A stretch of DNA of 64,000 nt from Sedimentisphaerales bacterium (GCA_963663805.2 CAXXMR010000019.1:128001-192000); one strand, 5' to 3'. Shown: positions 37,448 to 49,199, counted from the stretch's first letter. Numbers and translations: made by a program. Notes: generated from the sequence alone by a model not told the origin.

Positions 37448-39112
37448 GTGTTTAACCCCTATCGCAATTATTTGACTCTGCGGCGTTATCGGCAGATTAT
37501 CATGAATATCGGCAAGTTCGGATTTGGCGAACTGGCTGGTCGATTAAATCTGTTGGGACGTTTGCGTCTGCGCCGTAGTTTGAAACGCCAGCGGTCCATG
37601 ACAATGTCGCGGGCAGAGCGTTTTCGTATGCTGCTGGAGCAGTTGGGTCCCTCATTTGTCAAACTGGGACAGATTTTGTCCATGCGGCCTGACCTGCTGC
37701 CCCATGATATTATCGACGAGTTATCGCGTTTGCAGAATCGGGTTACGCCTGTTGCCTGGGAGACGATGAGCCGCCGGCTGCGTGATTCGCTGGGCCCGGA
37801 TTATATGCAGCGGTTCAGTGAATTTGACACGACTCCGGTTGCCAGTGCTTCTATTGCTCAGGTTTATGTCGCCCGTCTTAAAACCGGTGAGAAGGTCGCG
37901 GTGAAGGTTGTTCGGCCGGGCACGGAAAAAATTTTTCGTGATGACCTGGTTATTCTTGAGCATTTAGCTTCTCTGGCCCATACTCACATCCCCGAATCGC
38001 GGCAGTGGAATCTGGAGGGGATAATCGCTCAGTTTCGCGGTTCGCTGCATCACGAGCTGGATTTGCGACATGAGGGACGAAACGCCGATATTTTTCGCAA
38101 TAATTTTCAGGATGACTCGAAGATATATGTCCCTAAAATATACTGGAACCATTCCACGGATAAAGTTTTGGTGATGGAGTTTGTGGAAGGTAGTCCGCTG
38201 TCGGACTTTTTTGGTGAGCAGGTTCCCGAATCCACTCGGCGTGAATTGGCCAAAACCGGTGCCGACGCGGTGTTGAAGCAGGTGTTTATTCACGGTTTTT
38301 TCCAGGCCGACCCGCATCCGGGTAATGCTTTGGTGATGGAAAATAATGTTATCTGTTTTCTGGATTTCGGGATGTTTGGGCGGCTGGATGTTCGCTCACT
38401 GGCGGCTTTGGCGCGGGCAATGCACGCAATAACCAAAAAAGATATTGATAAGCTGATTCGTGCTATGCGGGATTTGGCTATGCTGCCGGAGCGAGAATTG
38501 CTGCCGGAATTGCGTATTGCCCTGACGGACCTGATGGAACAATATTACGGTATTCCGTTAAAGCAAATATCAATGGGACGGTTGCTGCGTGATATAGTGG
38601 GCCTGATTTCCCGCTTCAATGTCGGCGTCCGGCACGATTTCCTTTTTCTCACTAAGGCCCTGACGACTATTGAGGCTACCGGTTGCAAGTTAGACCCGGA
38701 TTTTGACATGATTGGTCATGCCCGTCCCTTTATTCAGGATATGATGGTGAAAAGGTATTCGCCCGGCCAGGTTTTGTCGGAAGGCCAGGGGTTCGCCGAA
38801 GACCTCGCTCTGCTGCTGCGTGAGGCGCCGGATAATACTCTGGAGATAATAAGAAAAATCCGAGACGGCCGACTTCGGGTTGAATTCCACCACAAAGGAC
38901 TCGAAGAATCAATGACACAACTGAATCAAATGTCCGACAAACTCACCCTGGGCATAATTATCGGGTCATTGATAATCGCCTCAACTGTGATGTCTCACGC
39001 CAAACTAGGTCCCACTCTGTTTGGCATGCCCGTCATCGGCGGTTTCGGATTTTTAATCGCCGGCGTTACCGGCCTATGGTTCATATTCGATATTATACGC
39101 AGTCGCCGTTGA
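37448..39112 (+). CDS. ABC1/UbiB (AarF) family atypical kinase
   Basis: LGPSFVKLGQ, ASASIAQVY, VAVKV, FFQADPHPGN, LDFGM, two C-terminal TM helices. Confidence 0.92.
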   Translation: MFNPYRNYLTLRRYRQIIMNIGKFGFGELAGRLNLLGRLRLRRSLKRQRSMTMSRAERFRMLLEQLGPSFVKLGQILSMRPDLLPHDIIDELSRLQNRVTPVAWETMSRRLRDSLGPDYMQRFSEFDTTPVASASIAQVYVARLKTGEKVAVKVVRPGTEKIFRDDLVILEHLASLAHTHIPESRQWNLEGIIAQFRGSLHHELDLRHEGRNADIFRNNFQDDSKIYVPKIYWNHSTDKVLVMEFVEGSPLSDFFGEQVPESTRRELAKTGADAVLKQVFIHGFFQADPHPGNALVMENNVICFLDFGMFGRLDVRSLAALARAMHAITKKDIDKLIRAMRDLAMLPERELLPELRIALTDLMEQYYGIPLKQISMGRLLRDIVGLISRFNVGVRHDFLFLTKALTTIEATGCKLDPDFDMIGHARPFIQDMMVKRYSPGQVLSEGQGFAEDLALLLREAPDNTLEIIRKIRDGRLRVEFHHKGLEESMTQLNQMSDKLTLGIIIGSLIIASTVMSHAKLGPTLFGMPVIGGFGFLIAGVTGLWFIFDIIRSRR

Positions 39113-39127
39113 GCAACAGCCCATCTA

Positions 39128-39364
39128 TTACCAAGGTACCAGCGGGAAGTCCTGATACGGTCCGCGCGTGGGCCAGTGGTCCATCGGTCCCGAATTGTGG
39201 CTGGCCCAAAAAGCTAATGCCATAACCAAACCCACCAGCAGGATAGTGCCCACGGTCAGCCAAATCTTGCGGCTCATCAAGGCCTTTTCGATTTGTAACA
39301 GGCTGTCGTGGCTGGGCATATGAATGTGGTGGAACCATTCCTTCATGTGCGAAGCGGTGTTCAT
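39128..39364 (-). CDS. Small hypothetical membrane protein
   Basis: 78 aa, one TM helix, strong AGGAGG RBS. Confidence 0.6.
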   Translation of the reverse strand: MNTASHMKEWFHHIHMPSHDSLLQIEKALMSRKIWLTVGTILLVGLVMALAFWASHNSGPMDHWPTRGPYQDFPLVPW

Positions 39365-39471
39365 AATAGCCTCCTTTCTGACAGCAAAGCATATTATTCA
39401 AATTTCTCTCCCTCTCTCTACTTATATTATAGACTCAAAAACGCCAAAGGCAAAAATCACCGGCAGCGCAT

Positions 39472-39506
39472 AAAAAAGCAGGACAGCCTTGAAGGTCCGT
39501 CCTGCT
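39472..39506 (-). terminator. Intrinsic terminator downstream of the SGNH gene
   Basis: Minus strand GCAGGAC...GTCCTGC stem followed by T6. Confidence 0.7.
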
Positions 39507-39538
39507 GTAATCAAACGACATTATCGTAACAGGCGTTA

Positions 39539-40318
39539 TTATTCGCCCATCAGCTTTTTGATGGTCGGCTCCATTGCTTCAGCCCAGATTGCGTAGCCTT
39601 TTTCTTTCGGGTGCAGCAGGTCGGGCATAATTTCGCGGGTCAGAACACCGTCGTCATTGAGGAATGCTTTGTTGATATCGAGGTAGTAAATCATTTTGTT
39701 GTCAGCCATCTTGGCTGCCAGGTCGCTGGCCGCGTCATTCAAAGCCCACTGGTCGTTATAGGTAGCATCCTGGTCTTTGATTTTACGTTGAGGATAGGAG
39801 CCGCGCGGGAAAATTTTGAGAATCAGTATCTTGGTTTCGGGCAGACGGTTACGCAGTTCGCAGACAATGCCTTTAATACCGTCAGCGATTTGCTCAGCAG
39901 TATAATCACCGCCGGAATTATTGGTGCCGATCATGATAACCGCCAGTTTGGGAGAGATACCGTCAGCTTCACCATTTTGCAGACGCCAGATAACATGCTC
40001 GGTTTTATCACCGCTAAAGCCTATGTTGGCGGCTTTGCGTGGGGTATAGTATTTTTCCCAGACTTCCTTGCCACTGGATTCCCATCCGTGGGTAATCGAA
40101 TCGCCAATCATCAACAGGTCCACGTTACCCTGTTTGACTAACGCGACTTTTTCTTCGTGGCGAGGCATCCACCAGTCGCGGTCTGCACGAGAAACCGGAG
40201 TGACGGCCTTATGCGAACCGAGGGTTACATCACACGGGTTTACGCTGGTGAAATATGAGCAGCCGGGGACAGCCAGGCAAAAACTCAGCAGCAGAATAAA
40301 CAGAATAGCCTTTTTCAT
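39539..40318 (-). CDS. SGNH/GDSL hydrolase (PAF-acetylhydrolase-like), probable lipoprotein
   Basis: GDSIT, GFSGD, IGTNN, DLLHP. Confidence 0.92.
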   Translation of the reverse strand: MKKAILFILLLSFCLAVPGCSYFTSVNPCDVTLGSHKAVTPVSRADRDWWMPRHEEKVALVKQGNVDLLMIGDSITHGWESSGKEVWEKYYTPRKAANIGFSGDKTEHVIWRLQNGEADGISPKLAVIMIGTNNSGGDYTAEQIADGIKGIVCELRNRLPETKILILKIFPRGSYPQRKIKDQDATYNDQWALNDAASDLAAKMADNKMIYYLDINKAFLNDDGVLTREIMPDLLHPKEKGYAIWAEAMEPTIKKLMGE

Positions 40319-40370
40319 TTTGTGTTCTCCTAACACGATGTTAAAAATAAAAAGTTACGTACTTTTCTTC

Positions 40371-41897
40371 TTATCGGGGGAATTTCATGTCTGTTCTGAA
40401 AGGTGAGGCGGGTAACTTCTGTTTGTTGTAAAAGTTGGGCTCGGCGTATTCGCACCAGCAGAAGCGAGCGGCAACCGGGGCCGAAACTTTTTCGGAAGAT
40501 ACGACAACCGTATCGCCGTCGATAACAGCCTGGGCGGGATAGTAAACACCGTCGGCGCCGCAGATTGTGAAGTCTGTCAGTGTTCCGTCTTTAGCGTATA
40601 GTCCGCCGTCCACATGGTCGAAGAACAGTCTGATATTGTTGCCTTCGATTTTCATTTCACGATACAATGGCCCGAAAGTCTCCACGGATTCGCGACCATA
40701 GGTTCCCGCCAGCGCCCAGCAGGCCAGACGATGCCCAACCGGTGCCTTTTTCAGCGGATGATGACTTTTTGCGTCGCCAATATCCATTGTGACTGCCATG
40801 CCGGTATTATCCAGAGCGAGCATGGTTTGGAGCTGCTGTTCGCGGATTAAGGTTATGCCCATGCCGTACCCGGTCGATGAGGCCAACTGCACGAACAGGA
40901 ACGGTAATTTTGGTTGCCGCCAGTCTTGCCGCCAGTCCGTAATGAGTGTCTGAAACAGCTTGTCGTAACCTTCCGGCTCACGCGTATTGGCCTCGCCCTG
41001 ATACCACAACACGCCGCGAATATTGGCGTTCAGCAGCGGAGCGGTCATGCCGTTGTATAAGCCGCCGGGCTGGTTCGGATGTCCGGGGCCAATCGGAGTA
41101 CGAGGTGCTGAGGGGCGGTTCTTTTGTCCCGCGGTCGCCAGATATTTTTTACGAGCTTCCTGATATTGTTTCATTTTTTTCGGGTAAACATCGCAATACC
41201 GCTGAAATTTGTCCAGTACGTACTTAAAGTCAGGAGTATTTTTGAGCGTTTCAGGTTTTGACCACGACTCTACCGGAGTACCGCCCCAGGGGTTTTCAAT
41301 CAAGCCGATGGGTACGCCGATTTCGTTCTGTATTTCCTTGGCGAAATAATACCCCACCGCGGAAAAATTCGCCGCTGATTCGGTCGTACACTCTTTCCAT
41401 TGGCCCTGGCAATTTTCTTTAGGTTCGTTAGCCACGCAGCGTACCACACTGAAAAGCCTGATTTCGGGATGATTCGCCTGCTTCAATTCCTCCTTAGCGT
41501 TGAAGTCCTTCGAGAGCGGCCATTCCATATTAGATTGCCCCGAACATACCCAGACATCACCGACGAGAATATCATTAATCGTTATAGTTTGCCCTGCGGA
41601 TGAAATGGTCAGTGATTGTGGTTGACCGGGTTTGGTAGACTGGAGTTCCACCTTCCACCTGCCGTCGTTGTCAACCACGACTTCTGCCGCCTGCCCCTGC
41701 CACGAGGCCTTGACGGTGACTTGTTCTCCTGCCTGTCCCCAGCCCCAAACCGGCACTGGCATTTCCCGCTGGATAACCATACCATCACCGAACAGTCCCG
41801 AAAGACTAATCTCGGCTTGGACTACCGAAGTGATTAGGGTGACAAAAGACAGGATAGTGAACAACTGCTTAATACAAACAAAAGCAAAAATTTTCAT
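40371..41897 (-). CDS. Sialate O-acetylesterase (SASA) family
   Basis: VWVCSGQSNM, FSAVGY, WGGTPVESW, WYQGEAN, LPASPFRTD. Confidence 0.92.
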   Translation of the reverse strand: MKIFAFVCIKQLFTILSFVTLITSVVQAEISLSGLFGDGMVIQREMPVPVWGWGQAGEQVTVKASWQGQAAEVVVDNDGRWKVELQSTKPGQPQSLTISSAGQTITINDILVGDVWVCSGQSNMEWPLSKDFNAKEELKQANHPEIRLFSVVRCVANEPKENCQGQWKECTTESAANFSAVGYYFAKEIQNEIGVPIGLIENPWGGTPVESWSKPETLKNTPDFKYVLDKFQRYCDVYPKKMKQYQEARKKYLATAGQKNRPSAPRTPIGPGHPNQPGGLYNGMTAPLLNANIRGVLWYQGEANTREPEGYDKLFQTLITDWRQDWRQPKLPFLFVQLASSTGYGMGITLIREQQLQTMLALDNTGMAVTMDIGDAKSHHPLKKAPVGHRLACWALAGTYGRESVETFGPLYREMKIEGNNIRLFFDHVDGGLYAKDGTLTDFTICGADGVYYPAQAVIDGDTVVVSSEKVSAPVAARFCWCEYAEPNFYNKQKLPASPFRTDMKFPR

Positions 41898-41906
41898 GAT
41901 TTTCCT

Positions 41907-43194
41907 TTAGAAGCTGTAGCGCAGTGATGCGTAAATATTGGTATTGCGGTGAAACTGCCCAAAAAAAGTATGATTATAATCACCGACGAAAACATTCAGC
42001 CCGCTTTCTACAGTCACATGGTCATTGACTTTGTAATTTACTTGCGGCCGGGCGTAAAGGTCGCTGTCCGAAGGTGAATAATAGGTGAAGAAGCTCAGCA
42101 TCAGGTTCTGGTTCATCAGCAGGCGGGTCAGTCGTAGCGTAAGCAGATGGCGGAACTCGTCCCGCGATTTCATCCCCGGAGCCAATTGCTGATAGTAATT
42201 ATCGTAATTAATCATCTGCTCTACGTAATATTGTACACCGCCGGTAAAATTCTTCGCTATCTCCTGGCTATAGCCCAGTAGGTAGCGTATTTCCGAGTTC
42301 TTGCGGGTCGGGTCATTGCCGCTTTCATTGTCGGCGGACTGATAATAACCAATTTCCGCATTGCCGATGCCCTTGCCCACCGGCCCACGCAGGCTGCTGC
42401 CGTAAACGTTCAGGTCAGGATACAACGCCTGGCCCTGGTTGTCAAATCCCGCCGGACTTTTCCAAAAGCCCCGATAGCCGTATAACGCCAGCTCATAACT
42501 TTCAATATTACGATACAGCCGCCAGGCCAGTTCGTAATCACGGAACCAGTCGTTAGGACGGTCGGTGTGAATCACGTCATTTTCGCCAGCGTAATCCCCT
42601 CGAAAAGGACTGTAATAGCTGATGCGTTCGCCGCTGATATAGCGGTCCGGGTCGAAACGCGGCGTGAAAATCACGTCTAAATTCATCAAGTCATGGAAAT
42701 AACTGACTTTGGCTGCGTCCGAAGGAGCCTTGAGATATTCCGTATCGCGACCATTAAAAAACGAAACCCAATCTTTAGGGAACAGGTCATTAATGAACAC
42801 CAAATCCCCCGTGCCCCAGGTGAGAATTTGCCGCCCAACCTTAATATCCATGCTCTCCAGCGGAATCAGCACATTGCCTTCCCGACATGTCATAATGAAA
42901 ATCTTCCGTGACCAGGTCGCCGTAGATGTCGCCTTTGTATTTCAGGTCGAAAAGCTCCTGCCGGGAAAAAATATCGACTTGCAGGCGGCTTTCCATAATG
43001 GACATATCTTTTTCATGCCGGTCATTGATAATCCGCCAGCCCGACCGACCTTCTACGAAACCGTGCGTTTCAAACGGTAAGTCTTCCGTCCAGCCGCTAA
43101 CACTATCCCAAAAATTTTCACCTTCATTTTCTGCCGAAAATACGTAACTGCACAGCAGCAGGACCAGCGCCCCGCAAAAGAAATTTTTTTTCAT
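41907..43194 (-). pseudogene. Outer-membrane beta-barrel-like protein, split by a +1 frameshift at ~42885
   Basis: ORFs 42841-43194 (signal peptide) and 41907-42893 (KVGRQILTWGTGD...YSF terminal Phe) join if one T is removed: GAC ATG [T] CGG GAA. Confidence 0.75.
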
Positions 43195-44030
43195 CGTACC
43201 GCCTCCCGCGGGGGGCGCCGCAAATAACGTTCCGAGAAAATATCCTGCAAATCAATATCGTATTTAACATCACTGAATTTCATTTCGGTCGTGCTTTTCT
43301 TGCTCAGATCCGTTACCCGCGAGAGCATGACCGTGGGATAGCCCTGCACATCTTCAATCTTAAGGGCCTCAATTTTGCGATAGAATTTACCGTTCTTGTC
43401 GAAATATTCCATCTTGACCGGCATGAAGTTTTTCTTGTCGATATGCACCAGATAATAATCAAACTCGATATTGTCGGTTTGTTTGGGTTTGTTCCTGATT
43501 ACGAAATATTTATCGTTGGTCTCAACCAGTTCATGTTCATCTTCCTGCAAACTCCTGCCCGAAACATCTTCATAGAGGAAGTCCGAACCGACAAAGCTCG
43601 TCCGTTTATCACCCGCGGCGATGCGTTTGACCAAATCCAATGCCGGCATATAAAGATACCGGTCATCGTCCTGTTTGACGTCCGCGTGTTTGAGTACCAT
43701 AAACACCATAGCCCGCACGTCGGCGGGTTTCTGGAAATAAACATAATAATTCTGGTCGCTGCCGTCTGCCACATCCTTACGCAGAATAATAAACTCCCGC
43801 GTCCGCACATTTTTTGCCGAACCATCCGGCGTATTACCCTGAGCATCCATCTGGTCATAAGCCGTAATCGTCATCTCAACCTTGGCCTTGCCGTCCGCGC
43901 CCTGATAATATGCCATTACGTTGGCCTTGTTGATAATCGTGTCCACATCCGGCGTATCACCGCCGGCTCCCCATAAAACCCCCGCCCCCAGCATCAACAT
44001 CATAATCGCTATTCGCGGTTTCATAATCAT
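43191..44030 (-). CDS. Outer-membrane lipoprotein-sorting (LolA-like) protein
   Basis: F..PADVR, DDRYLYMPAL..VKRIA, SFVGSDFLYED, FSERYL; in operon with an MMPL gene. Confidence 0.85.
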   Translation of the reverse strand: MIMKPRIAIMMLMLGAGVLWGAGGDTPDVDTIINKANVMAYYQGADGKAKVEMTITAYDQMDAQGNTPDGSAKNVRTREFIILRKDVADGSDQNYYVYFQKPADVRAMVFMVLKHADVKQDDDRYLYMPALDLVKRIAAGDKRTSFVGSDFLYEDVSGRSLQEDEHELVETNDKYFVIRNKPKQTDNIEFDYYLVHIDKKNFMPVKMEYFDKNGKFYRKIEALKIEDVQGYPTVMLSRVTDLSKKSTTEMKFSDVKYDIDLQDIFSERYLRRPPREAVR

Positions 44031-44160
44031 TACCTCTTTACGTGTTGTTATCCCACTATCTTTTTTTGAGTATTGTTTCGTATTTCTATATTCGTCTTTC
44101 GGATTTAGACTTTGGTGCTTAGGATTTCATTCAGTTCTGTTCTTGTTCCTTGTAAATTAT

Positions 44161-47003
44161 TCACTTATTACTGGTCCTACACGCCTTCCGCCGCGACATC
44201 ACCCCCGCAGGCCAGTGCCGCCACCGGTATCACCGCGGCGCTTATCCAGGCCAGCTTCGACCAGCCCACCATCGCATACTGATGAATATTTAACGCGACC
44301 AGCAGCACAATTGCCAGAGAAATTACCACACAAAAACCGCAGTTGCAGCTTGCCGCCGCCGGTTCGATTTCCGTACGGAAAAGATAACGCTCCGCCACTT
44401 TCAGTAATGACGGCAGTACCAGCAATGTCACTGCCCCCGATAGGCCCATAATCGCACAAAGAAAAATACCGACCGTCTTATAAGGCATCAGCGGTGCTGC
44501 CAGCAGCGGCAGAAAACCTATCGCGATGACCAGCACATTACGGGTGATTGCCCGCGCCGGCTCACCAAACATATCGCCCGCGGCATTCGACCACGAACCA
44601 TATTTGCGATAACTGCTCCGCGAGCGTTCCAGGAAATGTATCGCGAAATCAACCGCCATGCCCAGCGTCAGCGAACTCAACACCGCCACCGGCATATCAT
44701 AATCCTTGCCCGCCAGCCCGATGATACCATAAATCATCGCAATGGTAATCGTCAGCGGCACCATGCACACGACACCCCACCATATCGAGCGGAACAGCAA
44801 CGCCATCATTATAAACACCACCAGAAAACTGCCCAGAAAAGATTGCAGCATCCCCGAAACCATCTTATCCTGCCAGACCGTATTGATATACGTCAGCCCC
44901 CGCCCAGCGATATTGCAATGCCACCGGCGACGGATTCTCAGCCATAAAACCATCGACCGCCGCGATGACCTTGTTCATGTCCATATTATCGCCGCTGGTA
45001 AGCTGACACCAGATATTCGCCCGCATGTAGTCCGGCGTGACCAGATGCCATAAATCATCCGGTTTGTGACTGCTCTGATATTGCAGCAGTGACTGAGCCA
45101 CTGCCTGGAAGGTGTCCGGCACCCGATAATTTTCCGGCGAACCGTCGACAAGCTCCTGATAAACTTTCTTGGCCACGTCTGCGACCGAACTGCTCTTGCC
45201 GACCAGCGTGCGACCATCGCTTTTTATCGTTAGTAAATATTGCTGGAGCTTCTCCAGATAACGCAGCACTTCCGGTTGTTTAAACAGCTTGAGTCGTTCC
45301 TTTTCCAAATCAAAAAAGTCCGCCGCTTCATACCAGCCGTCCGCCGTCTTGCCGCTGCTGCTGTCCATCTGCTTTAACGCGTATTCATTCAGGCTTGCCA
45401 GAAGTGCTTCTTTGTCCTCGGCGGTCCCTGCCTTTTCCTGTAAAGTTTTTAACGCCTGCTCAAATACGCTTTTCGCTTCGGGCAGTTCACTTACCAGTTC
45501 AGCCTGTTTTGTCTGCAAACGAAAAGCCAGGGCGTCCCGGAAATTATCATCCACCTTTCCGCCGCTCGCTTCGTCCAGCACCAGATACGCCATGTACGTT
45601 CCCCCGAAATGCTCGTTCAGCACCTTGTCCGCGACGCGAATCGGATGGCTGGACGCGAACCATTTTACCGGATTGTCATTAATGCGAATCTGCGTAATTC
45701 CATAAACCGCCCCGGCGGTAATGAGTACCATCAAGCCAATAATCACCTTGGCCCGGCTCACCGTCAAACCGCCCACAGCTTGCAGGAACCGTCCCAACCG
45801 CCCCTGCTCTTCGCCATGATGAGCGGTGGCCCCAAAATTCACCAGTTTCTTTTCCGGGATGAACATCACATAAGCCGGCACGAAAATAATCGTCCACAAC
45901 CAGGCAATGCCGATACCCAATGCGACAAACACACCAAAAACCTGTACCGGAGGAATCGGCGTCAATGCCAGAGAAAGAAAACCCGCCGCCGAGGTCAGAG
46001 AAGTATAAAGCATCGGCACAAACAAATCTTTCATCACTTCGACCATCGTCTGCTGCCGACCTTTTTCCGGCGTATAAAGGTCGAAGAACAATGACAGTAT
46101 ATGCACCGAATCCACCACCGCGATAGGCATCAGAAAAATCGGAATCATCGAGCTCATGATATGCACCGGATAGCCCAGCCCGATGAGAATCCCCATCGTC
46201 GAAATTACCGTAACCATCGCCACAATCATCGGTGAAATTACCAGTATCAGCTTACGGAAGAATATCAGCATAAGAACAAAAATCGTCAGCATCGCCAGCG
46301 GCGCCGAAATCGCCATCTGCACAAACATCTCCATCCCGAAGGTATCTTCCGCTACCGGCAGACCCGTAATATAAAAACTTTCCGGCCCGGAATACTCCGC
46401 GATTTTCTTGTTCAGCTCTTTATAGACCCGATAGCTCTGGTCCTTACTCGTCAGCGGCAGATACAAACACAATGCCAAGGCGTCCTCACTCACCAGTGTA
46501 CCCTTGAGCAGCGGATTGGATAGAACCCGGTCCCGCATCTCCAACGCTTCCTCGCGATTAGCTGGCGGTTCAGGCATCAGCCATTCAAACTTGACCACTC
46601 CCGGTCCGCCCTGCTCGATGTGGTCGATCTCCGAAGGCGCTATCATATCGCCCGGCACCACCCCCACGCTGATTTCCGGCTGTTCATCGCCCGGCCATTG
46701 CAGCTGCTTGGCAAACTCCGTCAGTTCGTAAACTTTCCTCAGCGAATCCGGATTGAACACCCCGTCGGGATTTTCCTCGTTGACCACGCCCAGCACCAGC
46801 ATATCGCTCAGATCGAACGCGTTTTTGGTCTCGTCGTGAAAAACCCGCACCGGCTCATCTTCCCGCAGCATATTTTCCGGGTCCGTATCAACCCGAATCA
46901 TAGGAATCAGAGCCCCCAGCCCCAGCGTAATAACCACCAGAGCCAAGGTTACCACCTTATAATGTTTCAGCGAAAACCGGGTTACTTTTTGTTCAATATC
47001 CAT
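44161..47003 (-). pseudogene. MMPL/RND-family exporter with apparent +1 frameshifts in G5 runs at 44897-44901 and 44202-44206
   Basis: ORFs 44865-47003 and 44177-44953 carry the two MMPL halves (IAVVDSVH; GMAVDFAIHF); removing one G gives W-A-G-L-T-Y-I-N continuity. Confidence 0.8.
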
Positions 47004-47211
47004 ATACCTGCCCTCAATTTACATTGTTAGCCAAAATTTAATCACGGATAACCCGGCCCACTCGGACAACCGGTTACATCTATTGTAACTCTGGCAGAGC
47101 CGATAGGCAAATTATCCCGATTATTTTGTAACCGTTCACAGTGTATCGCGAGGGTGTGTTGCTCAAACAAGAACCGAGCCGCGTAAGCGGCCGGATCGAA
47201 CCCCAAAACCC

Positions 47212-47263
47212 GTCCAGATAGTCCAGCCTGTCCAGTAAGTCCATAATGTCCCTCCTGTCCATA
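47212..47263. repeat. 9-bp-period GTCCNNNNN tandem repeat (6 units)
   Basis: GTCC at 47212, 47221, 47230, 47239, 47248, 47257; a complementary TGGAC-type 9-bp period is at 28764-28795. Confidence 0.7.
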
Positions 47264-47353
47264 AATCCTTTGCCGTTAAAGACCCTGAAGGGGCGAAAGA
47301 AAACTAACCGTGTTTTGTATTTCAGGCTGGAAATGTGTTACAAACGTTCAGGC

Positions 47354-48685
47354 TCATCGTCGCGTCAGAGTCGCTACCAGATTTTCCAGAATCATTTTGG
47401 TTTTGTCGTCGTTCTGACGCAGCTTATCAATCGTGCGACAGGCGTGCATAACCGTGGTATGGTCCCGACCGCCGAAATGACCGCCGATTTCTTCCAGGCT
47501 GTGGTTGGTCAGGTCGCGGGCCAGGAACATGCACATCTGCCGCGGAAAAGCGATGCTGCGGTTACGACGCTTGCCCTGCAAATCACTCAAACGCACATTG
47601 AACTGTCCCGTTACCGCGTCAATAATCTGGGAAACCGTCACCTGATACAAAGGTGTGCGGGGTTCTTCACCCAGGGCCTGGCGAGCCAACTCCAGCGTAA
47701 TATCGCCGCTGTCGAGCATAGCCATACCGTAAACTTTCGTCAGAGCGCCTTCCAGTTCGCGGGTGTTGTTCTCAACCTTGCGGGCGATGAAGCTGATTAC
47801 GTCTTCCGGCAGGTCAATACCCCTCATTAGGGCTTTTTTACGCACAATTGCCATTCGGGTTTCATAGCACGGTTTATCAATCCGCGTTACCAGACCCTGG
47901 CTGAAACGACTGACCAGCCGATCCTCAAGATGCGGAATTTCCGAAGGCGGACAATCTGCCGACAGAATAATCTGTTTGCCGGCCTGATAGAGTGTATTAA
48001 AGGTATGAAAAAATTCTTCCTGAGAGCGCTCTCGTTCGGAGAGAAACTGGATGTCGTCGATAACCAGCATATCCGAATGGCGATACGTATAACGAAAATC
48101 GTAAAGATTACCTTCCTCAACCGCACGCATAAAGTCGTTCACGAAAGTCTCGCAGGACATATACTTGATATTCAGATTCGCATCACGTTTCAGGGCGGTC
48201 TGGCAGGTGGCCTGCATCAGATGGGTCTTGCCCAGCCCCACCGAGCCGTGTACGAACAGCGGATTGTAAGCCTTGCCCAACGCCTCGCTGACAGCCACAC
48301 AGGTAGCATGGCTGAGTCGGTTACTGGGTCCGACCACGAAATTCTCGAAAGTGTAATCCGGGCTGAAAAACAGGCTTTCGCCCATCGTATTAGAGATTTT
48401 TTTGGGCAGCGGCCGTAGGGGGACAATTAGTTCGGGTTCGTTGCTGAGGACGTATTCTACGCTGACCAGATAGCCGGTCTCCTGCTGAGCTGCCGCGACG
48501 ATACTGCTGTTGCACATTTGTTTAAGATATTGCTGCCGCGAATGGTCCGGCACGGTGATTCGCAATACCCCATTTTCCAGATTTACCGGCCCGAGATCCT
48601 GAAACCAGCCCCGCCAGAATTCACTGTGGTTGCGTTTGAGGTGAGACAATATCCGGTCCCAAATGTCGGTCAGGACATCGGTCAT
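47354..48685 (-). CDS. dnaA: Chromosomal replication initiator DnaA
   Basis: YTFENFVVG, YNPLFVHGSVGLGKTHL, DDIQF, QEEFFHTFN, RELEGAL, FGGRDHTTV. Confidence 0.97.
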   Translation of the reverse strand: MTDVLTDIWDRILSHLKRNHSEFWRGWFQDLGPVNLENGVLRITVPDHSRQQYLKQMCNSSIVAAAQQETGYLVSVEYVLSNEPELIVPLRPLPKKISNTMGESLFFSPDYTFENFVVGPSNRLSHATCVAVSEALGKAYNPLFVHGSVGLGKTHLMQATCQTALKRDANLNIKYMSCETFVNDFMRAVEEGNLYDFRYTYRHSDMLVIDDIQFLSERERSQEEFFHTFNTLYQAGKQIILSADCPPSEIPHLEDRLVSRFSQGLVTRIDKPCYETRMAIVRKKALMRGIDLPEDVISFIARKVENNTRELEGALTKVYGMAMLDSGDITLELARQALGEEPRTPLYQVTVSQIIDAVTGQFNVRLSDLQGKRRNRSIAFPRQMCMFLARDLTNHSLEEIGGHFGGRDHTTVMHACRTIDKLRQNDDKTKMILENLVATLTRR

Positions 48686-49013
48686 CTGATGCGTTCCCTT
48701 CACGTCTATCGCCTTTCGCGGCGCTGATTCACTTTCGCGGCGTTTAACCTGCAAACGCTCTGTTAAATAATGATACAACCGGTCTGCCGAGCCCTGAAAC
48801 GCAGGCGCAAATCACCCGCTTTGTCTAAATAGACAACTTCACAGCCTGACCCTCCGTAGTCACGGCCGCTCTAATCCATCAGAGCGTACTGCAAACGAAA
48901 ACCAGACCAGGAACGGTCCGGGCAAAAGGTTGTATTACATCCAACTCCCGACAATTATTTCAATTGCCTGAACACCCCGGCGACTTATTTTTATGGCCTC
49001 AAGTGTTAAGAGA

Positions 49014-49042
49014 ATTCTAACTAACATGGAACCAACTGTCAA
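49014..49042 (-). promoter_or_regulatory. Sigma70 promoter directed toward dnaA
   Basis: Minus strand TTGACA-17bp-TAGAAT. Confidence 0.65.
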
Positions 49043-49170
49043 CGCAAAACGTTCCCAGTTTTCTCTGCCGACGATTATCAGGCTGGCTATCTGGTATAAG
49101 ATGCAATAATTCAATATCTTACATCGTTCCCGGCAATCTCAGGCGTTTGGCTTGGTATTCCATTTAAGGT

Positions 49171-49199
49171 TTGACTTCAAGGCCCGCTAGCTTTAGCAT
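49171..49199 (+). promoter_or_regulatory. Sigma70-like promoter for the metallophosphoesterase-yidC-mnmE unit
   Basis: TTGACT-17bp-TAGCAT. Confidence 0.55.
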
